IMG/VR virus record: IMGVR_UViG_3300017527_000885
Strand: one strand, 5' to 3'
Source of the DNA: a virus
DNA: 64,000 nt
Positions 56,499 to 64,000 of the stretch are shown here, one piece after another; within the stretch, counting starts at the first letter, position 1, and every line of letters starts with the position of its first letter. Under the pieces are notes generated by a model. That model made no database searches, had not been told where the DNA came from, and was given only the letters and a program-made list of their open reading frames with translations. A program made the translations under genes and the position numbers.

Positions 56499-57739
56499 TA
56501 CTCAACCTCCTGCATCTGACGCATGGCCTTGGTAGTAGCCTTGTCGTATTCTGCGTAAAGCTCTGGCTCCTGTACAGCTACAACCTCGATTGCATCTGCA
56601 TAGCTCTTGCCTGACTCTTCCGCGTGCTTGCGGACTGCAGCATCGAACCTGCTGGTTGCATCGTTGTTTGTGCTATCACTACCAACCTCGCTCAAAGCTC
56701 CAACCTCTGCGGCATTACCCATCGCCTTCATAATCGCCAACAAGTCCTTGTACTCTGCCTCGCCAACCTTGTCGGCAAATTCGAGCATCAAAGGAGCAAC
56801 CTTCTCGACCTCGACAGGTAGTGTCTCGATCTCAGAAAGCTCGTCGGAGAACTGGCGGAGTCTTTCCGCGTGCTCTGCCTCGGCCAACTTTGCAGTGTGG
56901 GTCTCAAGCTGTGCTTGGGCCTCAGCTAGCTGCTCGGATAGAGTGGTAATCTCAGTTACCTTGTCCTCTAGCTCTGCGGCCTGCTCATCGACCTTGGCTT
57001 CTAGTTCCTTACTCATTTCTTCGTCCTCCTCTTCGTCCTCGGTAGGTTCTTTTTCTACCACTGGTGTTGCTTCTGGCTCTACTACTGGCTCAACTACTGG
57101 TTCCGGTTCCACTATTGGTTCCGCCTCCGGTTCCGGTGCTGGCTCAGGCTCCGCTGTTACTGCGGTAGCTAGCTCATCGAACTTGACCTTCAATTCAGCA
57201 AGCCCAAATGCAATAGGAGCTACGAAAGCCTTTAGCTGTTCGCTAAAATCCAAACTCATAGTTTCCTCCTCTGCTGGGTCGTCTTCGACAACCCATTCTC
57301 CATCGGAAAACACGGCTGCTTGCCTTCCCAGGCGAGGCCTTGGAGTCAGGGCCACACCTACAGCCACATTGTTGTGTGTCTTGCCGTCTAGAGCCTGATA
57401 CTGCCTGAACTGAATCTCGGGGCTTGCATACTTATAGCCCTTGCTCTTGATCTCTTCGGCTTTCTCATCTCTAAACTCTGGCTTCCACTCAACATTCCCG
57501 GTATCTCCCACTCTCAGGTCACCAACATATCCAAACACACCGTGTTCGTCTTTGTGAAGCATGTTGATGGGGAGATCGTAGTCAGGCACCTTCTTCTTGA
57601 AGTTTGATACTAGCTCACTCGCATCGGTCTTTGTAAATTTGATGCGCTTGCCTCGGTGCCAGACCGTACCCACCGGGAAAAACAGCCTCCAGTCAGTATC
57701 AGTTGCGTCAAACGGAATAAAGTATCTCATTTCACTCAT
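56498..57739 (-). CDS. putative capsid scaffolding protein (globular N-terminal domain plus acidic coiled-coil)
   Basis: 413 aa. EPEPAPEPEAEP linker. Long Glu/Ala-rich coiled-coil C-terminal half. Position upstream of the capsid gene. Confidence 0.45.
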   Translation of the reverse strand: MSEMRYFIPFDATDTDWRLFFPVGTVWHRGKRIKFTKTDASELVSNFKKKVPDYDLPINMLHKDEHGVFGYVGDLRVGDTGNVEWKPEFRDEKAEEIKSKGYKYASPEIQFRQYQALDGKTHNNVAVGVALTPRPRLGRQAAVFSDGEWVVEDDPAEEETMSLDFSEQLKAFVAPIAFGLAELKVKFDELATAVTAEPEPAPEPEAEPIVEPEPVVEPVVEPEATPVVEKEPTEDEEEDEEMSKELEAKVDEQAAELEDKVTEITTLSEQLAEAQAQLETHTAKLAEAEHAERLRQFSDELSEIETLPVEVEKVAPLMLEFADKVGEAEYKDLLAIMKAMGNAAEVGALSEVGSDSTNNDATSRFDAAVRKHAEESGKSYADAIEVVAVQEPELYAEYDKATTKAMRQMQEVE

Positions 57740-57828
57740 CTTAATCCATTCGCCCTCCCCGTTTTTGCGCCAGTCTTTGGCTATTTGGAACGCCTTGCTT
57801 CATCATCTTACTGGCGCATTTAGGTAAC

Positions 57829-57865
57829 AAAAAAAGCAGCAAGTGCAAAAAATCGCACCTGCTGC
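57829..57865 (-). terminator. rho-independent terminator (- strand)
   Basis: - strand: GCAGCAGGTGC-gattttttg-GCACTTGCTGC followed by TTTTTTT. Confidence 0.6.
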
Positions 57866-57930
57866 TCGAATCAGATACGCGACTAACTAAAAACTAGCTT
57901 CCCAGAACTTTACTTCCCCCGTTATTGTAT

Positions 57931-57964
57931 AGTATATGGAAAAAAGTAACACAGCGCAAGGTTA
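57931..57964 (-). promoter_or_regulatory. promoter TAACC-TTGCGC-N17-TATACT
   Basis: - strand: TAACCTTGCGCTGTGTTACTTTTTTCCATATACT. It lies upstream of the terminator and the scaffold gene. Confidence 0.4.
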
Positions 57965-57983
57965 AATCCAACTTTCCTTTGGG

Positions 57984-58625
57984 TTATTCTAGCTCTATCA
58001 TTCCCATTAGTAGAGCGTCATCATTCATATTTTCTTGCAGTATTGGTATCGGATTTACCCATTCTATGTCTTCTGCAAGCCAGACATTCCAGTCAAAGGG
58101 AACCAACGCAGCATCAAAGTGAAGGTGATCTTCCCCTGGATCGCTCGTGTAGTTCCCGATAACCCCAAGGCGTTCGCCGCGCGCCACTAACTGTCCCTTT
58201 ATCAGGTGTGCAATGCTAGCCGGGTCCAGGTGGGCATAACGAAGAAAAACACACCCGCCATCAAGCAGGGCATGCTTTACAACTACCACGCCAAGCCATC
58301 CCGTGCTGGACCCCATGCTGTGTACGGTGCCATCTGACACTGCATAGACTGGCTCACCGCGCTCCACCTCATGCCAGGGAGATGCATCAAGGCTCAGGTC
58401 AATGCCTGAATGGCCCCCTCCATACCAGGCCGTCTGGGTCCAGAGCGTTGCCCATGGATCGTGCCAAGTGGTACAGAACCACTCAGAAGTCGGATGTTCG
58501 ACTGTGCCTAGTGGGGGTATCCAGGGAACCTCCGCATCTACAGTCGCCGTGGAAGTCATCGTAACGGTCGTCGTAAACGTCATTACTACTACTATTACAC
58601 TCATATAGCCCCTCCAATCTGCCAT
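57984..58625 (-). CDS. M23 family metallopeptidase with N-terminal signal/TM
   Basis: HSGIDLS and GEDHLHFD (HxxxD...HxH) motifs. Hydrophobic N-terminus. Confidence 0.6.
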   Translation of the reverse strand: MADWRGYMSVIVVVMTFTTTVTMTSTATVDAEVPWIPPLGTVEHPTSEWFCTTWHDPWATLWTQTAWYGGGHSGIDLSLDASPWHEVERGEPVYAVSDGTVHSMGSSTGWLGVVVVKHALLDGGCVFLRYAHLDPASIAHLIKGQLVARGERLGVIGNYTSDPGEDHLHFDAALVPFDWNVWLAEDIEWVNPIPILQENMNDDALLMGMIELE

Positions 58626-58976
58626 TATAGCACAAAAAAGGCCAAAATGGCCTTAGAGATAGTTAACGCCCGACATCACGGCCGGGCGTTAAAAGTAATA
58701 CTTATATTCTGCTGTATATGACAATCTTCAGTATCGGTCATATAGCCACAAGTCTACCACGGAGACTAGAAATGTCAATCTGGCTCTTTACTGCCATCCG
58801 CAAGCTCCACGGCCCAATCTCCCTGTGATGGTAATGTTTCCCTTGGGCCGGAGGCGGAGACTGACACCGCATGCCTGCCATGTAGCGTGACAACATACTG
58901 ACCATACCCTGTGGTCTGGTCGAGATAGTCCATCAACGCACCATAGCGCACTAGCCAGCGTGCAACGCGGGACATG

Positions 58977-60191
58977 TCAATTCTCTTGCTCATGCGCACT
59001 CCTATAGTCCCATCGGCGGTAATACCCTGAATCATAGAACGGTATCCAACGATGTGTGATGTGGCCCACGCCACCCATTGGCGTCATCTGAACCTCAAGG
59101 ATCGCGCCGCCCACGTGGGCCTCGATATGCTGCTTGCGCATCCAAATGGTCTGGTCACAGGTTGTTCCTGCTCCCACGATGTAAACCCCCCTGGTATGGG
59201 CCGTGAAAAACTTGTGATAGTGGCCGAATACCATTATTGCTGGCTTCTCGCCTCCGCTCAGGCTCTCCACAATCTTCTGCGGCTTGTACGTCAGAGCATA
59301 AGCAGTGCCTCCGCCAGGGTGCAGAACTCGCAAGACCGAGGGAGTATCGAGATCGTCCAGCAATAAGTCTGCCTCGACATGCCCTATCCATTGCAAATCC
59401 TGCCTGCCATTGTCCTCAAAGGTCAACTGCATGTAACGTCCTACATCCAGCCCCAGGTCCTTTGCCCACCAGCCCTCATGGCAACTCCCGGTAATGAACT
59501 TGGTAACCATATCCTCTTTCTGAGGATAGTTCTCCTGAACATACATCAGTTGCCCCTCAACTCCATGGGCAACCAACTCTTGAGAGTTGAGACGAGATTC
59601 CCCCGCGACCAGGTTGCCAGCATTTAGCACTATCTCTATCCCCTCTTCCTCGAAAATATCGTAGAGGGCATCAAGTACATCGAGCCGCGAGGCCCGGTTG
59701 CCGAGATGGTTGTCAGAGACAATGCCAAAGCGGTAACACTTACCACTCAAATACTCGGTGACCGGGATAGACCAACTGCTCTTTTGGGGCGCAGAGGGCA
59801 TCAACAAAGATGAGTCATCTGTCACCTTGACGTTATAGCCCCGCCTTACGAGCATGTCCGCAGCTTCCATTACGCTCAACGGTGAACGATCTAGATAGTT
59901 GCTGAGGTCAAGCAAGGAGAGCGCGCGGACACGCCCCTTGACCCTGAGCCTCTGTAGAATGTCCTGCTCCAACTCGGACATCTCCTTCTCAGTTCCCTCT
60001 AGCCTGGATTTTAGTGTTGTAAAAGAATTATACTCTCCGAACGTCCTAACTAGTCCATCTCGCAACGTTGTCTTTGGTATTGGTGTCCCAAGGCGATTGG
60101 TAAGTGCTGCAATTAGCTCCTTAAAAGTGTCTGTGTCACCTATTAGTTCCTGTACCCACGTAGCAATATGTTCCCAGTTGTAGTCCGACAC
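58977..60191 (-). CDS. calcineurin-like metallophosphoesterase domain protein
   Basis: IVSDNHLG...NAGNLV...MVFGHYHKF match metallophosphatase motifs I, III and V. Confidence 0.45.
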   Translation of the reverse strand: MSDYNWEHIATWVQELIGDTDTFKELIAALTNRLGTPIPKTTLRDGLVRTFGEYNSFTTLKSRLEGTEKEMSELEQDILQRLRVKGRVRALSLLDLSNYLDRSPLSVMEAADMLVRRGYNVKVTDDSSLLMPSAPQKSSWSIPVTEYLSGKCYRFGIVSDNHLGNRASRLDVLDALYDIFEEEGIEIVLNAGNLVAGESRLNSQELVAHGVEGQLMYVQENYPQKEDMVTKFITGSCHEGWWAKDLGLDVGRYMQLTFEDNGRQDLQWIGHVEADLLLDDLDTPSVLRVLHPGGGTAYALTYKPQKIVESLSGGEKPAIMVFGHYHKFFTAHTRGVYIVGAGTTCDQTIWMRKQHIEAHVGGAILEVQMTPMGGVGHITHRWIPFYDSGYYRRWDYRSAHEQEN

Positions 60192-60211
60192 AGCCCCTCC
60201 TTAGGGTGAGT

Positions 60212-62308
60212 CTAACGATAGACTTTTCGCTTGAACTTATATTCGATTGTATGACGACAGTTTACATTACATCTCAGGCTACCAATCGGGGGAATCGCAC
60301 TAGCGCCCATCCAGCCCGCTCCCACTACATCAGCACACTCCGGGCAGGTCCGCGTGTCATCTGGGCCATGGTAGCGTGCCACAACGCCAAGCCCCATCAG
60401 CGTACCGCGACTCCAATCAAGGGATATATCAGCGCCACTCTTTTGGATCGCTGGTTGCATATCATCCAGGATTGCAAGCGCCTTGCCGTGATTGGCATGA
60501 ATCTTGTAGATACTGCCCGAATAAGACCCAACTCGGTGTCTGAAGGTACTAAAGGTCCCTCGTAGAGCCATAATCACAGCAGCATCATCTGCGCCATCAT
60601 CCCTTAGACGATGCATTAGTTCTAGAGTCGCTTTGCGCACAGCGGGGTTTAGCTTGTCTTCCATAAAGCGCTCTTGATTAGCTAGCTCGGCAGTGATAAC
60701 TCCCAAGCCCTGTGTGGAAGGGTCGCTCTCTGTGGTTAGGTCCCACATATGCAGCATTCCCATTCTGAGTCTACCTCTCATTATCCTCGATAGAGCGGAG
60801 AGGAAAGAGTCCACTATGTCTGCCCACTCGTCTTCGGTTTTGGCCTCATTGAGTTCAGAGATTGTGGTGCTCACAAGCCTATCGTAATCCCTGACCAGGC
60901 TGCGGCCGATCCTCTTAACATAGTCTACTGCATCACTGTAAGGAATAGACTCGGTGAAAGTGGTCAGATCAGATAGCTCCTCTTCCTCTTCCTCTTTTTC
61001 CTTCTTAGGAGTGCTGGCGCTGGCAGGAATCTCGGGGTGGATAGCCGTCGCTGGCGGCTGCGCTGGCAAGTTAGGCTTTAGTAGTAGACCTGGCTCCTCA
61101 ATCTCTGGCAACCCGGCCTGGCGACGAACTGCAAGCTCTGTCTCTAGGTCATAAGTGATTGCGCCAGAGTTGAATAGGCTACTGACAACTTCCGCAAAAT
61201 CGCCAATGTCAATCTTGGTGATTGGTGTAAAGTGCACCTCGGGAAGAGCAGACAGCCCGCTAAAAGCATTTACATCAAACAAGCGGGGTACACCATGACG
61301 GTTGATGACAGAGGCTATCTGTCTCAGGTAGCCATTGATACCCTTCACGAACAAGCCGGACTTATCCTTGTGCATTGCCCAGCTTCCCTGATCCCCGCCT
61401 CCCAGCAAAATAAAGTCAGCCATAAGCACCCGCGCCATATCGCGCTGGTGATGCAAAATGGTGCTGAGTGGATCGACAGGGGGCGTTCCTTGGGGCATTT
61501 CATACTTGAACTCCCATCCGGCCGGAAGCGTCATGCCCATATCGTCGCCAACCTTAACCAGGCGCACTACTTTCTTTGCGCGAGATAGGTCAGAGTTGGA
61601 ATCCGTCGCATCCATCGTAGCCCCTTCGGGCATCACGATCACAGGGGTACCAGACATACGCTCGATCACAATAGCAGTCTGAATACGCAGGTTCTTTGCA
61701 AAGAACCAGGAGGTGTACCCACCCTCGAAAATACTACGGCCCTCAGGGTTGTTCTTCCCTGCTCCGGTGGTTGTAAAGTGCAACAGCTTCTTAATAGGAA
61801 TGAAGACCATGCTCATATCCGTCTGCTGCCACATGCCCTGCAAGCCGCCGTTCCTATCCAGTGCCCAATAGCCCAAGGTTACGGGGTGACGAGGTGCCCA
61901 CTTGCGCCACCCAATCCGGCCATCGCTGAACTGGGACTTTTTCCCATCACGGCGCTTGTAAACTAGCTCGGCATCGAAGAACCCGTAAGCCAGAAACTGT
62001 ACAATGTCGGCCATAGTCTCTGGAAACGACTTGCTCATATCGTGCAGACAGGACTCAAGGAACTCTGCAGCCGAAAGGTCTTGCGCACTCATACTCGCAG
62101 GTATGGCGCGAATGTCGGCCTGGCGCATAAACATAGCAGCCATTGACATAATTGCCGCGCCCGTAGGATCAAGCCGCGAAATCTCATCCCAGACCTTAAC
62201 CCTTTGCGAGTTGGTCCGTAGATCAGCCACCCATTGCTCGGTGACGTAACCGTTATATTCATCTAGGCCCGTAATGCCTAGTTCCCCAAATCTTACTCCA
62301 TTTGCCAT
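60212..62308 (-). CDS. portal protein fused to a Mu-F/SPP1-gp7-like head morphogenesis domain
   Basis: 698 aa, immediately downstream of terminase. C-terminal CPECADV...PPIGSLRCNVNCRHT resembles the conserved MuF/gp7 C-terminus. Confidence 0.5.
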   Translation of the reverse strand: MANGVRFGELGITGLDEYNGYVTEQWVADLRTNSQRVKVWDEISRLDPTGAAIMSMAAMFMRQADIRAIPASMSAQDLSAAEFLESCLHDMSKSFPETMADIVQFLAYGFFDAELVYKRRDGKKSQFSDGRIGWRKWAPRHPVTLGYWALDRNGGLQGMWQQTDMSMVFIPIKKLLHFTTTGAGKNNPEGRSIFEGGYTSWFFAKNLRIQTAIVIERMSGTPVIVMPEGATMDATDSNSDLSRAKKVVRLVKVGDDMGMTLPAGWEFKYEMPQGTPPVDPLSTILHHQRDMARVLMADFILLGGGDQGSWAMHKDKSGLFVKGINGYLRQIASVINRHGVPRLFDVNAFSGLSALPEVHFTPITKIDIGDFAEVVSSLFNSGAITYDLETELAVRRQAGLPEIEEPGLLLKPNLPAQPPATAIHPEIPASASTPKKEKEEEEEELSDLTTFTESIPYSDAVDYVKRIGRSLVRDYDRLVSTTISELNEAKTEDEWADIVDSFLSALSRIMRGRLRMGMLHMWDLTTESDPSTQGLGVITAELANQERFMEDKLNPAVRKATLELMHRLRDDGADDAAVIMALRGTFSTFRHRVGSYSGSIYKIHANHGKALAILDDMQPAIQKSGADISLDWSRGTLMGLGVVARYHGPDDTRTCPECADVVGAGWMGASAIPPIGSLRCNVNCRHTIEYKFKRKVYR

Positions 62309-62366
62309 GTTTCACCTTCTGCGCGGTTGGGGGGATGGCAGAACCATCCCCCTTCCCGCTATTCAA

Positions 62367-62756
62367 TTATGCGTTCAAGCGATCACGTACTCGCAGTGAT
62401 GTACGTCCGTGCCTAACTGTAGCCCCGGTAAACCCGATACCACCTAGTGCTAGAATCAGATTGATCCAGCCCATCAGATCGGGCGGCAGGGGAACAAAGG
62501 CCAGTGCGCCTGCCACACCATATGCGGCAGTAGCCACTATAGCAGAAAAAATGACTGCTAGTAGCCTTGTGGTCTCGCTAGGGCCAGCTACACCAAAGAT
62601 TGCCAACCATCCCGCAACCCTGGTCGCCAGGGCTTCGCCCGCTGGTGTGTTTAGGAACCAGTGAACGAGTACGGTTGCTCCACCACCACCAATGACATAC
62701 ATCAGAAACTCACGAACGGCATTCTGCTCAAGCAAACCTGCTAGAAACTCTGCCAT
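62367..62756 (-). CDS. small multi-TM membrane protein
   Basis: About 3 predicted TM helices. Start ATG 62756 (MAEFLAG) is coupled to the terminase stop. Confidence 0.35.
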   Translation of the reverse strand: MAEFLAGLLEQNAVREFLMYVIGGGGATVLVHWFLNTPAGEALATRVAGWLAIFGVAGPSETTRLLAVIFSAIVATAAYGVAGALAFVPLPPDLMGWINLILALGGIGFTGATVRHGRTSLRVRDRLNA

Positions 62757-62758
62757 CT

Positions 62759-64000
62759 CTACCTCCTTCCATATGGAACCCACTTTGATCTGGTGCCTCT
62801 TTCATCATCGCCTCCGTGGTCTGGTAGATGGGCGGCACCTAAGCTCCCACCAACCATCGCGTATCTCCAAGCGTCGGGAAAGTCGCTCCCCTCATCGTCC
62901 GGTGTATCCCGGTCATAAGCCAGGTTCCCAGATGCATCCTTGATCCGCTTGCAGTGATAAATGTCTGCCAGGCTAGTTATCAAGCCGTGGCACTTCTTGT
63001 CGAAATAGACGGACGTTGTGCTGCTTACGTCCCTCAAGTAGTCCCGGCAATACCCGATTCCATAAGATACGTTTGACCGCTCTTTCTGTACGGTTCTGCC
63101 GTTTAGGCCCTCGTCTACCCAGTCTTTTGCCTCGTCGCTGGCGGTGCGCTCCATCCAAAACACAGAGATGTGTAGTCCCCATTGTTGAATCACCCTTTCC
63201 CTGATCTCGCGGGCAGCGCGCCGGATAGTACTTGGTGTGGCTGCGTCATCTGACCACTCATCAATGCACCATCTCAATCTCTTGCCATTATCGAGAGTTC
63301 CGGGAGCTTGCGCAATGACTACAACCCGGCCTCGAGAGCGCAGGTCGACCCCAGCAAAAGCAGTCCATTTGTCTAGACTGGCCCCCTCAGGAGGGAACGG
63401 CTTGATGTGTCTCACTCGTGAGAACTGGGGATAAACCATCCCCTGGCTTTGACCGCGCATCAAAAGGTTCTGTAGCGCGAAGGTCTCTGGATCAGTGCTC
63501 ACGAATTTGGAAATGACATCCCGGAATCTATAGTGTCCAACCGCCTGGCTTCCACGTCCAGCGCAAAGCTCTTCCTCCACTCCGGTATAAGGATTTTCCC
63601 ATGTGTAGAGAGGGCATTCCTTGCACTCAGCCGGGTAGCTCTTGCCGCAAGACTCCATTACATCCAGGATGTCATATTCGTAAAGTTCAATCCCGCGCTT
63701 CTTGGATTCCGAGCGCAGGGCCTGCATCGTACCATAGCTGTGATACTGGCTTGATGCCATGAGCGTCATGGCGTCGTAGCCCCTGCTTGTCATGGGCATC
63801 TGTAAAGCTGTATTAAGTACGGGCCAGGTAATATGGTCTAGCTCATCGACTACCAGAATGTTTGGGTGGGGGCCGGAAACCGACTTCTCCGAGCCACCAG
63901 TTCTAATCTCAATTTTACTGCCACTTTTTAGAATTGTCTTCGTCACCATAGGCTCAGAAGCAAGCATCTCGTTGAATGGGCGGCGGCGAACTAGCCCCTG
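62759..64000 (-). CDS. terminase large subunit (5' end outside window)
   Basis: Walker B ILVVDELD with a downstream nuclease-type region. No Walker A inside the window, so the gene continues past position 64000. Confidence 0.7.
   Translation of the reverse strand, partial: QGLVRRRPFNEMLASEPMVTKTILKSGSKIEIRTGGSEKSVSGPHPNILVVDELDHITWPVLNTALQMPMTSRGYDAMTLMASSQYHSYGTMQALRSESKKRGIELYEYDILDVMESCGKSYPAECKECPLYTWENPYTGVEEELCAGRGSQAVGHYRFRDVISKFVSTDPETFALQNLLMRGQSQGMVYPQFSRVRHIKPFPPEGASLDKWTAFAGVDLRSRGRVVVIAQAPGTLDNGKRLRWCIDEWSDDAATPSTIRRAAREIRERVIQQWGLHISVFWMERTASDEAKDWVDEGLNGRTVQKERSNVSYGIGYCRDYLRDVSSTTSVYFDKKCHGLITSLADIYHCKRIKDASGNLAYDRDTPDDEGSDFPDAWRYAMVGGSLGAAHLPDHGGDDERGTRSKWVPYGRR

Noticed and set aside
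56607-57398. 263-aa + strand Ser/Ala-rich ORF
   Set aside because: It is the antisense shadow of the scaffold gene's Glu/Ala-rich coiled-coil region.
58775-59074. 99-aa - strand ORF
   Set aside because: It overlaps the 3' end of the metallophosphoesterase gene by ~100 nt in another frame. It cannot be supported as a gene, but could be real with an alternative start near 58970.

Overview
The window reads as a tailed dsDNA phage genome or prophage segment, siphovirus-like with a 1043-aa tape measure protein. GC content is roughly 52-54% (estimated by eye) and nearly all sequence is coding. No integrase, tRNA, rRNA or CRISPR array was found.

Layout:
(1) An early/replication block on the + strand (116-8574): SPFH/band-7 protein, radical-SAM protein, SSB, DnaB-like helicase and several unknowns. 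It carries consensus sigma70 promoters and an operator-like double palindrome.
(2) A tail module on the - strand (8566-17283): major tail protein, a G/GT chaperone pair with a canonical -1 frameshift site, the tape measure protein and tail-tip proteins.
(3) A small + strand accessory island (17444-20629): Zn-ribbon protein, vWA protein, N6-adenine methyltransferase, MazG-like protein.
(4) One very long - strand late operon running from the window edge down to 20603. It contains terminase (truncated by the window), portal fused to a MuF-like domain, metallophosphoesterase, M23 peptidase, scaffold, capsid, then an ~18.5 kb locus of at least 10 glycosyltransferases, 6 SAM methyltransferases, an amino-deoxy-sugar biosynthesis set, a nucleotidyltransferase and a possible sulfotransferase. 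After that come connector-size proteins, two structural proteins with very long poly-Ser/Thr tracts (one 1093 aa, mucin-like), an HNH endonuclease on the opposite strand, and a 1135-aa cell-wall hydrolase with a carbohydrate-binding module, two GH clan-A-like domains and an M23 domain.

The stand-out signal is the putative virion O-glycosylation system, a huge glycosylation locus sitting next to mucin-like Ser/Thr-rich structural proteins. A conserved promoter motif, TAACCTTGCC-N17/18-TAnAAT, recurs four times on the - strand.
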